A stretch of DNA of 64,000 nt, taken from NCBI GenBank assembly GCA_008632985.1, contig QPGO01000125.1, positions 124,001 to 188,000 on the forward strand. Reading direction: 5' to 3'. The position numbers were made by a program, and so were the translations under genes. Positions 50,901-62,280 of this stretch are shown here, piece by piece. How positions within the stretch are numbered: position 1 is the first letter of the stretch; every line of letters begins with the position of its first letter. The DNA is from Psammoneis japonica (taxonomy: Eukaryota). The notes beneath the pieces were generated by a model. It did no database searches. It saw only the letters and a program-made list of their open reading frames with translations, and was not told the origin of the DNA.

Positions 50901-53640
50901 ACACCTTGGCACATGCCCTTCAAATGGCTGTCAAGATCCAGGTGCACAAGCAAAACTTTCACAGTGTTTTTGATGCAGCATCTTTGTTGCACACCTGCCC
51001 CCCTGCCCAGAAGCCTCACCTGAAATGTCCAAATGGCACAACCAAACATCTCACATGAAGAATCAACCATTCCCACAAATGTGAGTGAACAGCTTTTTTC
51101 CCCTTTTGTTTGTTGATGATCTGCTCTGCTGCTTTTTGACCTTTTCAGATGACAGCCAAATGCCTTGTTTTGTGTCCCAACAACCAAGGTGCTTTGGCCA
51201 AGTTTGGCAAGCACCAGCTTGACAGTTTCTTGCAGTGTGTTGGTGCCAGCCACAACATCATGTTGTTTCTCAAGATGACTTTCAAAGGACCCCTTTGTTG
51301 CCCTCAGCGAGTCATCCAGACCACCAGATGCAATGTTTCTCTTGAAATGTGGCTGGCATGTTGCGCTGGCCAGCTTTGGCAAACATTGCAACTCATGCTT
51401 TTCCTCAGAAGAAAAATCAAGGAGTCCAAAGTTTCCAGTGGCGCGCCATGCCAAACCAAACAAGTTGAGGAAAGCTGCCCACCAGATGTTCCTGAGCTTC
51501 AGCGGCAGATCAAACCCCAGCCCTTTTTCAGACAGTGACAAATGCCAGTGCTGCCCACTCCAATCTGGCATTTGCTGCTGCAGCCACTTGCAATCAAAAG
51601 CTCCTTGAGCTTGTTCAGCTCCTCTGATGTTTTGCTTTTCTCTCTTGGTGGCTTCCATGTCTTGAGCACATGTTCTTGACCACTGCTTTGACAACGACAG
51701 TGCTCAAATCTTGGTGGTCATTCTTTTCTTTTCATCTGCAATTGACAATGTGTTGCTCTTGTTTTTTTTGCCATTTGCTTCAAATTGTTGTGCTCTTTGG
51801 TCAAGTGCCTGCAACTGGCACAGTGCAAAACATGCCAGATCTGAGTTTTTCTCTCTTCTCATGAGTGATCTCAGACACTCCTGTCTGTTTTTTCCATCTC
51901 TGCACATGTGCAGAATCTTCTTTTCTTTGGTGCATTTTTGAGGTCCAGCTCTTTGTTGGTGGCTTTGAAATGAGCCCTCAAATTCCTTGTGAGCACCGCA
52001 CAGTGCCCCACCAAGCATTTGGCACTCTGCTCTCAAGCAAATCTGCTGACACATTGTCCAGCCCCTCCTTCAGCTCCTGGAGGAAAATCCCCTGGGCAGC
52101 TGCTCAACTCAGCAGCCCTTGTGATGCAGAGTCTCAGGCTCTCACACAATTGTCTCTGCGTCTTTTCATGGAGTGCCCCAAGTGTCACTTTTGCAGCACA
52201 GCACTGTGCTCCTTGGGAAAACTCTTTTCATCACCACATCTGCACTCTCTCCGTGCATCCAATGTTGGTCTTTGCAGCAAGCTCTGTCACTTTGTTGTTG
52301 AGTGTTGTCAGAGCATTCCTGCTCTCTGACATCCTCCAGATGAATGCAGGTGCTTTTCCAGCCCAGCAATGATGTTTTGTTCTTGTGGATGACATGCTCC
52401 TTTAAGCTGTGCAGTGGGAAGAGCAGCTGCTCTTTGTGCTCTGCACTCCAGCACACTGGGGCACAGCATGGTTCAGCTTGCCCACTGGGCTGTCTCTGTG
52501 CACTTGCAAGTTGCTCATCTTGTGCATCTGATGCTTGCCCTTTGCTTGCAGCTCCTGCATTTCAACAAGCATTGCTGAACAGCATTGTTGGCTTCAGCAG
52601 GTTTCTCTGCACACACTTGCACCAGGTGCAGTGCCGCTGTTCCCTGCATGCCAAATTTGGCAACAAACAACCATTGACAAAAATTGCAAGACCATTTTCT
52701 GAGTGCAAAACATTTGGTCACATGAGTTGCACAATCTGCTTGCACATGAGCGTGGGCTTCTCTCATCCACCTGTGAACAGCGGCAAAAGGGTTCTTCGCT
52801 TCAGGCTTGTTGCAAGACTTGGTGAGTGCAGCGTGGCACGCAGCTTGGGTGCAAAGTCTTTTTCCTGCATTTGAGGGACCTTGGGGAGCAGTTGAGTGTG
52901 CAGCCCTTGTGATGTGGGTTTGCTCATGGCTGGGCACAATGGCACAAATGTGCATTTGCTCAGTTGAGTGAGTGTGGGTCGTGTGCACATGGCACATGCT
53001 GCTCATGCTGCACACACACTTTCCACTGCAAAAAGCACTTGTGTCAACACAAAATGCTTGTTGCTGTTGTGAGGAGGACAGGAGTGCATGCTGCTGATCA
53101 TTGAACTCTTTGCCACCACAGACAATGGCTGCAGGATTGTTTTGCAGCTGGCTTGCCAACGTGCTCCTGGTCTGTCTGCAAGCTGTCCCAAAGATCGCCA
53201 TGTGTCGAAAGATGATTTTGTTGCTGTGGTGGCTGCACTCAACTGGGTTTGATCTTGCTCAATCAAAAATGATTTGAGCTGCACCAAGAAAACTCATGAT
53301 GCGTGTGATGGTCATGGAGTCTGCCCAGGCTTTGTCCAAACCATCAACCAGGTTCATGTGGTGCTGGGCGGAACATCCCATTGTCTGAATGTTCTTTGCT
53401 CTTGCCCGCTGTTGACAACCAACATGTCTCAAGCACAGGTGTCAGTGGTTCATTTGTTGAGGTTCTTGCACCTGTCAGAAGCTGAGCATTCTTTTGCTGG
53501 CAAACTTTGACTGGACAATGGCTGGCTCATGGTCACAAAAGGAGCACAAAAAAGTTTCACCTGCAGTGTGGAGAATTGGTGGTGGCAACAAGGATCTGAT
53601 TCATTCAAGACTCACAAAATTGTGAGGCTGCAGGGCTGAT
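47922..53640. mobile_element. Degenerate repeat/transposon-derived block, almost free of TpA and poor in CpG; family not identifiable
   Basis: Only two TpA found by eye in ~5.7 kb (~48798, ~52403). TG/CA-rich, no recognisable protein motifs, no clear termini. TE origin is inferred from its compositional similarity to the mutated LTR element. Confidence 0.55.
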
Positions 53641-54087
53641 TTACCCTCTGGGTTGCTGTTTTAGTGGGCATGAGCAGTGGTTGTGACAAGTTTCATCTGC
53701 AAAACATGATGGTTTGAATGTTTTTGAGCTTTTAAAGGACAACCGTCTCGGAAATGCATGGATTTGAAATGGGCAGCTGCATTTCGGTTGGAGGGGAGGA
53801 GCCCCCCTCTGCTCGATTTGCCTGGTTGTTTCACTTTCGGTCAAAAGAGATGCTATTTTTTGCTTTTTGAATTTCACCACATAGTCGATGATATGGAACA
53901 GTCGTCCTCTGAGCGAGAAAACAATTAGCACCAATCAGATCCGTGTTGTAACATCTCTCATCATGATGTACCGTAGTTCATGGATGTAATGCAAGTCAAG
54001 CGGGACTTGTGAGTCACTTGCTGATTGCTGCAATCGGTGGTCTGCTCTGTCTTGTTTGTTTACAGTTATTCAATTTCTAACGCTAAC

Positions 54088-55113
54088 TCACACAGTCCCC
54101 GAGTCGTCATCTAGATTCCTGAGTTTACCGTCAAAAAAGTCCCAGATTATATGTCGAGCAGTCCAAAATATAAGCGAGTGCTCGGTGGTGCCCGCCCAGA
54201 TTGTTCGGATGCCCCCGAAGCGACGTGTCCACCAAATATCAGTTTCCGCCTCTTGACCCAATTTTCTATTCCTGTGATCTTGAAACGTGTCACATGGACG
54301 AGTTGACGTGTTTCGAACGTACAAGCACCTGGGCGACTGCAAAAGATCACGAAGTGGCGGGTCATTCCGTACCCACTGAATGTTGTGTGTTGAATCCGTA
54401 AAGGCGATACTAATGTCCTGACGAAGCGCAACTCCGTGTGACTTGCTTCCCAAGTGAAGATAGCGTACAAAGAAACCACCTGCAGCTGAATGAGCTAGTA
54501 CATACAACGGGGAGCCCTTCCAACCCACGAAAAGCGTGTTGAGAGATTTTTCAATAGTATCCATGCTATTTTGAATCCCCCGAGCGTTCGGATCAAGCAG
54601 AACAACTGCCAACCCTAGCTTCTTCGCTTCGAAAATGTGGAACATTGCAGAGCCGACTTCCATTCCAGAGGTAACAAGTTGCTTGAATGAAAGTACACCT
54701 AATCGCGACTTTCCCTTTCCAGTGATTATGAGAAGAGTCGGCTGTTGCGTTGTGTAGGCTTCGTCAACCCAGGCCTTTACCGGCTCGCCTCGTGATGGGT
54801 CGTCACAGATAGTTACTTCTTTCAATGGGAATGTCCTCAGAATCCGTTCTTGCGCAATCTCTTGACAAACACCCACGACCTCATCAAACATGGCGCCATC
54901 AAGAATATACTGCTTCCGATTGTCGGCAGTAATAAGACTTCCCGAAGCTATGTGAAACAGACGTGTAACGCAATCAAAGCATGGAGGCGTTTCTTCGCTG
55001 CTGCGACCGTCAGTGGCATGCGTCTTGCAGGGAATGAGACGGTACTCAAATCCCATGTCACATAATCCACCTGCTCGTCTTACAGTATACGGCACTTGCT
55101 TTTCAGGATCCAT
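54088..55113 (-). CDS. Arb2/FAM172-like alpha/beta-hydrolase-fold protein
   Basis: LLIITGKGKSRLG, G-x-EVGS, AVVLLDPN, YVLAHSAAG, IAFTDSTH, WAGTTEHS. Confidence 0.75.
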   Translation of the reverse strand: MDPEKQVPYTVRRAGGLCDMGFEYRLIPCKTHATDGRSSEETPPCFDCVTRLFHIASGSLITADNRKQYILDGAMFDEVVGVCQEIAQERILRTFPLKEVTICDDPSRGEPVKAWVDEAYTTQQPTLLIITGKGKSRLGVLSFKQLVTSGMEVGSAMFHIFEAKKLGLAVVLLDPNARGIQNSMDTIEKSLNTLFVGWKGSPLYVLAHSAAGGFFVRYLHLGSKSHGVALRQDISIAFTDSTHNIQWVRNDPPLRDLLQSPRCLYVRNTSTRPCDTFQDHRNRKLGQEAETDIWWTRRFGGIRTIWAGTTEHSLIFWTARHIIWDFFDGKLRNLDDDSGTV

Positions 55114-55726
55114 GCCTATCGAAACAGCGCTTCACATGGCGTCAACATACAAAACACACACCACACGGATGGTATGCAGTAGGGCCCTACCTATGACCTA
55201 TGAAGTACGGTATGAAGTATGAGCCGCTTGTCAGCCAGTCTGTCTGGGTTTCGATCACGGTGCTCTAGCTATTACAAGCTGGGGGGCTTACCTCAAGCTC
55301 TACTCTTTCCAATCATCTCTCAACTTGGATTTCCTACTATAATCTCTTGCTCACATCCCTGAGAGTAGTAGAGAGATTCCCCGAAATTTTTGCCAGATGA
55401 TCCTGCGGACGATCTAGACTCTAGAGCCTCTAGATTCATTTCCTAAATATGTACTGTTGCGTAGAACTAAGCACTTCAATGTATGACAAAGTAGTCGTCA
55501 GGATCAATCATATTGGGAGCAAAAGTGCTACATCACAGTCCCTGGCGTCAAGCGCCAAGCGAAGCGAAGCGGAGAACCGGCAGCCATGGACTTCGCAATG
55601 CCATAGGCAATGCTTTGCAACCGAAAAGGAATAGACAAACACCAATACACCACCAGGTGTGAAACTATTACATTCATTATGTCACAGACATGACGAAGCC
55701 TACTGAATCACGAAGCCTTAAAACAT

Positions 55727-57034
55727 TTACGGATCAGCTTCCACCGCCTCTTCTCCCCCCGCTTCATTGCTTTCGATCGCATCAAATGTCAGAAAGGTTG
55801 CTCTACAGCATGGGCAGTCATCATGACGCTGCAACCATTCCGTGATGCAATCCTTGTGAAAGGAGTGCCTACATTTGGAGACTTGTGACCACGAGCGTTC
55901 GTCGCCTGTTCGAAACGGTTCGAGGCAAATTTGACACAACTCACGGTCGTCGTCATCGTCAATGTTACTATACACGTCAGTGGCAGTCTCGTCTTCCGTG
56001 TCAGTTTCTTCTTGTCCCGTGGTTGACGTGTTGAGTGCAACGGGCTCCTTGGATGATGGGGCGGTGGATGAAGAGTTCAACTTACTGGACTGCTCAGACT
56101 CAGATGCTATTGACAATGAGTCACCTGATGCAACCTTTTCATTATCCGTGTTTGACTCTGATGCTTCTGACGTTTCGGTTAGTGTACTTTGCGTATCGAT
56201 GATGGCTTTAGGTGGGGCCTGCTCCACCGCATCCTGATTTGTTTCCCCGAGGTCTTCTTCGTCCACTTTCTGTTGACAAATAGTGAATGCAGAAAACAAG
56301 ATGAATCTAAACTTCTTACTCATGCAATTCGATAAGGTAAAATGAGCAAAGGCAAAGCTATTGTGTCTTACCTTGGTCTTTAGGCAAGCCTCGATCGCCG
56401 CACTTCTGTCTTCCTCTGTCCGAGCAAAAGGCGACCCAAGACGAGAAGTTGCTCCGCCGCCCTCGCCTACAGAGTAAGAGCGACTCCGAGGCAGGAACTT
56501 TGCGCACAACAGAGCCGTGATGCATGGCAGACAACACATGGTGGCAAATACCGCAATCGCAGCCGCCGATTCCTTACTCATCTTGACACTCGCATCGCTG
56601 GTGTGATACGGACCTGCCGTGGTACCGCTTCCCCACTTTAGACAAACGCCATTGCAATTGACTGCTGCACAACGGCGATTGGTAATGACATTGGCGCAGT
56701 CCACAACAAAGACTTGTGTGTCTCTACAGTACGAGCAAGACGTGCACTCGTTGCCGCGATAGCTAACAGAGCAGGTACAATCCGCTAACCACGCAGAGTC
56801 AAGAGGACAATAGGTTGTCATATCCAACCGATTCGAGTCCAGAGAAGCTCCTATACGGCATACCCGCTCGTTGTTTTCTACCGAACACCGAAAATTGTTG
56901 TGATGGCGAAGCATGGAATTGGGAGATCCATGATTGACCATTTCTACTTCATAATTAGGATCTTCCAGAACCCGACTGGCGTTGACAGGAGGTGCGAAGA
57001 GGCATAAGATTGAAAGAAGTGTTCTGATCGACAT
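55727..57034 (-). CDS. Single-pass membrane RING-H2 E3 ligase with Cys-rich extracellular domain (in-frame intron ~56270-56371 likely)
   Basis: Signal peptide MSIRTLLSILCLFAPPVNA, 10-Cys ectodomain, TM helix AIAVFATMCCLPCITALLC, C-terminal CQICLEPF...CRHSFHKDCITEWL...CPCCR. Confidence 0.85.
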   Translation of the reverse strand: MSIRTLLSILCLFAPPVNASRVLEDPNYEVEMVNHGSPNSMLRHHNNFRCSVENNERVCRIGASLDSNRLDMTTYCPLDSAWLADCTCSVSYRGNECTSCSYCRDTQVFVVDCANVITNRRCAAVNCNGVCLKWGSGTTAGPYHTSDASVKMSKESAAAIAVFATMCCLPCITALLCAKFLPRSRSYSVGEGGGATSRLGSPFARTEEDRSAAIEACLKTKVRHNSFAFAHFTLSNCMSKKFRFILFSAFTICQQKVDEEDLGETNQDAVEQAPPKAIIDTQSTLTETSEASESNTDNEKVASGDSLSIASESEQSSKLNSSSTAPSSKEPVALNTSTTGQEETDTEDETATDVYSNIDDDDDRELCQICLEPFRTGDERSWSQVSKCRHSFHKDCITEWLQRHDDCPCCRATFLTFDAIESNEAGGEEAVEADP

Positions 57035-57297
57035 AGTGCCAGTACCTATCAACAAACTGCAAATAGCCTGTTCTCCTGCATATATTCCACTCTGTAACGT
57101 CGTTGAACAAGCACAGCGAGGAAGAGAACACAAACGCAGTCGTGTGATGTGGTTGGACGGAAGTGCTGAGTGCTCGAGCAGAGTGAACTTCCAAAGCAAA
57201 TTTGTCAATTTGTCGGATTCCGGTAAAGATTTCATGCTCGTGGCTGGTTAACGACAAGCCCATAGCCCAATCTCTTTGTCTGACTTCGAGCCAAAGT

Positions 57298-57415
57298 AAG
57301 CTAAATGGTTAGTGTAAATCGTTAAGTGTCATTTCCACTTCGACACAAAGAAAGCTAAATGGTTAGTGTAAATCGTTAAGTGTCATTTCCACTTCCATAC
57401 AAAGACAGCTAAATG
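57298..57415. repeat. Tandem repeat, 54-bp period, ~2.2 copies
   Basis: aagctaaatggttagtgtaaatcgttaagtgtcatttccacttc at 57298 and 57352; partial third copy at ~57407. Confidence 0.92.
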
Positions 57416-57839
57416 CTTAACGGTAGTGGTCAGATTTCAAAATCTGAGCAATACAGAAATGTCAATGATGAATAAGGATTTTAGATTGCTTCTGCCGTAA
57501 ATATCATTACGCCAATGCCACTAATGAATTCACAAATGAATTTGTATTCCATCCTTTTCCTGAACTTTGATCTATCGGCATTTTCGATACGAGTGCTCGA
57601 CGCGATGACAATGAGGCATGCTTGTATGTGTCATGGCCATAAGCTGTGAGGCGTACCGTCACATTTGGATTGAACTCGGGGATCTTGATGTCGAAAGTAG
57701 CCATTTGTTTGACATTCGTGATTTTTCATCGCCCACAAACTGGGATTTCAACTGAGTCGAGTTGATGTTGGACGTGTTTCAAAGCACTGCGTTTGATGAA
57801 ACAATTGAGGGCTCTGGAATTATGGCATTTTATGCCATG

Positions 57840-59850
57840 GAGACTTAAAACAGCAAATGGGTTGACAATCAAGCAGTGATCGGGTTTGCCAACATTTCCA
57901 AAAATGTGACAACAAAAGTTGCATCACTCAACAACCAACAACATCTCAAGAGATGGAAACAAGAAAAGTGACTCCTCTTTGCACTTGAATTAAAAGAGAC
58001 AACAATGCACAACAAACATTTGAGAAGGACAAGAAGCTCTTGAATGCATGGAACCAGAAGAGAGTCAATGAATCGCTCTTGTTTTGAACCTCTTGACCTG
58101 TTCTGTCCATGATGGTGGTTGGCTGAAAGGTTGGTGGTGGTTTTTTTGTGTGACTTGCAGCTTGAGGCATGTTGATGCATGAACACATGGCCCATGTGTG
58201 GTGTCACCTTTGGAAAGTGCCACTTGTGGAGCTTGAGTGGACAACTCTCTGTGCTCAAGCTTTGTCCGCCAAATGCTCCATCAAAGTCCAGATGATGCTG
58301 CCACATCCCACCCGACCATTGACACAAAACAGTTCTTGCAAAATGTTGTTGCCCATTTCCCTCTTCCTCTGCAGAGCAGCCCTCTTGGTGACAGTGCTGC
58401 CCACATGCCAGAATGTGCTCAAGAATGCTTTCCATTTTGCCAGCAAAGATGCCCAACGCGGGGCTGTGTGGGCTCGAATCTCTCTCAAGACAAGCTGACA
58501 TTTGTGCCTGGCACTGGCGGCAATGCTCAGCCCTCCTTCCTGTTTGACTTCCCAGGAGTGTGCCCAGATCTCCTGCGTGCTGAGTGGCTCAACCACAAGA
58601 GTCACTGTCTTTGTCAGTTTTGTCAGCAGGATGTGCCAAGGCTGCTCTGGCCATGTGTGCGCAAGGACAGCTGCGACAGTGCTTTCTGCTGTCAGCAAAG
58701 AGTGTGAGCTGGCTGGACTGCCCAACCCCACACTTCACAGCTCCTTGGCAGTCACTCCAAATCAAGTGCCAACTTGGGGTCAACCGCACCTGGCTGGTTG
58801 CAATGCAAAGACAGCTGTGGCAGCACTTTGTGACAACAAAGAGAGTGCGAGCTGGCTGGGCTCCCAACCCCACACTTCACAGCCCCTCAGCACTGGATCC
58901 CAATCAAATGCCAACTTGGGGCCAATGGCTGTGAAGCCATCATTGCAAATCCCTGTGCCTGCCCCCTCACACAGCTTTGCACAGGGTCAACATTTGTGGC
59001 CTTTGCAAGATGGGCCCTGGCTGGCTGCTGGCTCTTCAGCCACACGGCTTGCACAACAAGCCACCACAACACAGAGCACTGTGGGGTGAGTGCAGCACAG
59101 CCCAAACAAGCACACCATGCTGAGATCACCCAGAGTTGGCTGCTGTCCTGGGGCTCCATTCAAAGCTGGGCTGGGCTGCTTGGCTCCTTGGTGTGCAGCA
59201 CATGCTTGGCATCACATTCTTGTTGCCAAGCAGCCACATGGCATGTGCCCACCATTTGTGCCTGCAACAGTGACCCCAGCCACAAAGAAGCCAACAAAAA
59301 GTTGAACCTGGTTTTGTGGTTGAAGAGTGAAGAAACTGTGAGTGAAGTTTGGTTCAAGATTTGTTGGCAATGCCAAGTGGGCAACCAAAGAGAGGCGCCA
59401 AAAATGGCCATTCTCGCTCATTTCTCAAGAGGAGCTTGCGCTCATGATGCAGGGTCTGAAGCAAGCACCAGCCAAGACAACAGTTTTTTCTCTCTGCCCC
59501 ACTTAAAACACAGCCTTTGAGTCAATGTGGTGCTCCTTCAACAACTCACGCACACTGGGAAGAGCAGCTGGAGCCAGGGCAGCTGGCCTGGCAGGGCTTG
59601 GCTGACACCCAAGCTGGGCTGCTCAGCCTGGTGGCACACACTCAGTGCCACATTGTCACCCTCCTGCAACTGCAATGTGCCCCACTCTTTGCACCTGCAG
59701 CAACCACCCTGGATCAAAAGAAGCCAGTGCAACTCTGGCCATGGTTGCATGGTCAATTGTGTGTGTGTGTTCAACGGTTGATTCCCCTCTTTTTTTCTCT
59801 TTTCCTTTAACCGGCCACGAACATGAAAAAATTGCCGAAACTTCCCTTGA
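57840..59850. mobile_element. Second degenerate TpA-depleted, CpG-poor repeat-like block with an internal ~85-bp duplication
   Basis: The only TpAs seen are four TTAA sites (~57846, 57991, 59504, 59807). Internal repeat 58699-58783 vs 58842-58925. Confidence 0.5.
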
Positions 59851-60261
59851 TAGCTTACGTAAGTAGAATTCTAAATAGGAAATGTATTGATACCGGTTTT
59901 GTCGGTGGTCACCCTCTTTTTGATGAGTTGCCTTCGCGCGATCTTGCAATCTGATGAGTTGCATTCCGGAGTGTTCTTCTACTACTACTAGCTAGTAGTA
60001 GTAGCTAGTAGATCATCTATTCTTCCTACTAACAGAAGTCTCGCTCTCTACTAGTAGTAGTCAAGCTATTGCGCTTCTCTAGAGAGCTAGATCTCTCTAG
60101 ATGGGCATGGAAAAGTCCTAATTGTAGCTAATAACATACTTTTTCTTCTTTACATACTATTTTTTGTCGGTCGCTGTCTCTCGAAAGGGAGAGACTGGGT
60201 AGTATGTCTGTACGGTAAGAACTAGTGTTCTATGAAAATGCCTACTACTCTCTCTATAGAC

Positions 60262-62280
60262 TTATTTCATCTTGCGTTCTCCCATGAGACTCCATGTTCG
60301 AGCCTCGGTAATGTACACGTCCACGAGCCTCCCCTCGAGTTCATCCAAATCACCGTCAAAGAAAACCTGTCGCCCTTGTCTAGTCCGCCCCATCACTTGA
60401 CTGGGATTCCTTGGGTTTCCATCCTCGACCAATACTTTGACTGTTCGGCCGACATAGCGTTGACTTCGCTCTAATCCATGCTCGGCAGCAAGTTCTTGGA
60501 CTCGCTGCAAGCGCTCTGCCTTGACTTGTTCTGGAACTTGATTGTTCCACAATGCTGCCTCAGTGTTTGGTCGAGGTGAATAACTAAAGGTATTGAGATT
60601 GTCAAACTTAACCAGCCTCATCAAGTCTAGAGTCCGCTCAAAGGCCTCGTCGGTTTCCCCAGGGAACCCAATAATGACATCACCGCAAATGGAAGCATCA
60701 GGAGCTCGTGCTCGTATCTTCTCGATAATCTTCATGTAGCTCTCAAACGTATATCCCCGTCTCATGTTTTTCAATACCTCATTGTCACCCGCTTGAAAAG
60801 GCATGTGAAAGCATTCGCACACACGATCCAAGTTTGCGACAGCATCAATGACACGATGAGAAAAGTAGCGGGGGTGTGATGTCACGTATCGTATTCTCAT
60901 GTCTTGAGGCACGTTGCCATTTAGGTAATGCAACAAGTCAGCAAAGGTTCGTTTGGGAGTCATGTCGCGCCCATAAGCATCAATGTTTTGTCCCAACAGC
61001 GTTACCTCCTTGTATCCGGATTGCGCCAATTCAAGACATTCTTGCAAAATGCTCTCCATGGGACGACTCGATTCCATTCCCCGAACCGAAGGAACAACGC
61101 AATAGGTACAATGCTCGTTGCAACCATAAATGACGTTGACCCAGGCCTTGACCTTGTGTCCTCGAATGGGTTTGCTAAAGTCTTCTTGATGTAGCATGGG
61201 TGCAGTCGCCACAACCTGATGACCCCATTCAACCGATTCCAAAACATTTTTGAGATGCGGAACGTACTGCGGGCCGAGCACGACATCGATTTCTGGAACA
61301 CGCGAGAGCAACGCTTCACCCTCTTGTTGAGCCACACACCCAGTCACAATGAGTGCCAAGTCTTTACCGTTTCGTTTTAGTGCGGCATACGGACCGAGGG
61401 CGTCATAGACCTTTTGTTGAGCGTGGTCGCGGATTGAACACGTATTCAGAATAACAACATTGGCTTGTTTTGGATTTTCAGACGGCGTCATTTTCAATTC
61501 TTGTTCCAAGACACCCGCGAGGCGTTCCGTGTCGGCCATGTTCATTTGACAACCGGCAGTAATAATCGTATAGGAGCGAGAGTCGTCCTTTTGATCAATG
61601 TTGCTATCAGCTCCTTTTTGCAGAAAACCCGGCAAGCTGGGAGAAACACCCTGTCCCTTGAGTTTGGACCGTGGAATCAGGGCGTTCTGACCTCCATGGG
61701 AACCAACTCGTCTCGTTCCTTCTTGCATCGGTGTTTGTCGATACAAGACGCTAACTTGTTCAACTCTCAAAACGTGATGCTGCTGCGTTTCCTCAGAGAA
61801 AAGAATAAAAACGTCACCCGTTTTGGGACGTTGCTGCCATAGGCCTTTAATCACATCGTTTGGTAATATCGGGTGATTCTGTTCATCATGTTCAATCCAC
61901 CCTATTCGCCCTCCTTCGGATCGAGAATGAGTACAGACACTTAACGTTTCTGCTACATGGCCAAAGGGATCTTGTTCCTGGCTTGCTACATATGTCTGCA
62001 TAGCAACCTTGGCCATTTCTTCTGTTTCAACAACAACATGGCGAACATATGCACCCGTCACAACTTGTGAGTAATCGACAGCATCTTGAATTCGTGTTGG
62101 AAACCAGACTGATTCCTCTCGAGTCGTCGCGTCAACTGATGCGGTGTCGGCAAATAATGAGGAGCTTGATGAATGAGTCACTGATCTTTTTGGGTTGAAC
62201 TGAGTCAATGGCATTGGTCCCCACGCCAAACAACCACAAGTTAAAACAATCACCAACAATAATGTGCCCGTTGATAACAT
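60262..62280 (-). CDS. miaB: tRNA-2-methylthio-N6-dimethylallyladenosine synthase MiaB, probably plastid-targeted, with N-terminal parvulin-like segment
   Basis: GCQMNMADTE, NTCSIRD, GCVAQ, radical-SAM CNEHCTYC, TLLGQN, IIGFPGET, YSPRPNT, C-terminal TRAM domain. Leader MLSTGTLLLVIVLTCGCLA-W. Confidence 0.95.
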   Translation of the reverse strand: MLSTGTLLLVIVLTCGCLAWGPMPLTQFNPKRSVTHSSSSSLFADTASVDATTREESVWFPTRIQDAVDYSQVVTGAYVRHVVVETEEMAKVAMQTYVASQEQDPFGHVAETLSVCTHSRSEGGRIGWIEHDEQNHPILPNDVIKGLWQQRPKTGDVFILFSEETQQHHVLRVEQVSVLYRQTPMQEGTRRVGSHGGQNALIPRSKLKGQGVSPSLPGFLQKGADSNIDQKDDSRSYTIITAGCQMNMADTERLAGVLEQELKMTPSENPKQANVVILNTCSIRDHAQQKVYDALGPYAALKRNGKDLALIVTGCVAQQEGEALLSRVPEIDVVLGPQYVPHLKNVLESVEWGHQVVATAPMLHQEDFSKPIRGHKVKAWVNVIYGCNEHCTYCVVPSVRGMESSRPMESILQECLELAQSGYKEVTLLGQNIDAYGRDMTPKRTFADLLHYLNGNVPQDMRIRYVTSHPRYFSHRVIDAVANLDRVCECFHMPFQAGDNEVLKNMRRGYTFESYMKIIEKIRARAPDASICGDVIIGFPGETDEAFERTLDLMRLVKFDNLNTFSYSPRPNTEAALWNNQVPEQVKAERLQRVQELAAEHGLERSQRYVGRTVKVLVEDGNPRNPSQVMGRTRQGRQVFFDGDLDELEGRLVDVYITEARTWSLMGERKMK

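Noticed and set aside
47951..53510. Dense overlapping Cys/His/Gln-rich ORFs in all six frames (also 13-18 kb antisense and 57.9-59.8 kb)
   Set aside because: Loss of TpA removes TAA/TAG stops and all Tyr codons, producing spurious Tyr-free ORFs. None has a recognisable domain.
57298..57415. CRISPR-like repeat-spacer array
   Set aside because: It is a simple 54-bp tandem duplication without unique spacers, in a eukaryotic context with no cas genes.
60262..62280. MiaB, the EEP enzyme or DHFR-TS as the machinery causing the A->G pattern
   Set aside because: Each has an ordinary housekeeping explanation. I noticed no adenosine-deaminase (HxE...PCxxC) gene in this window, so the responsible enzyme is probably encoded elsewhere.
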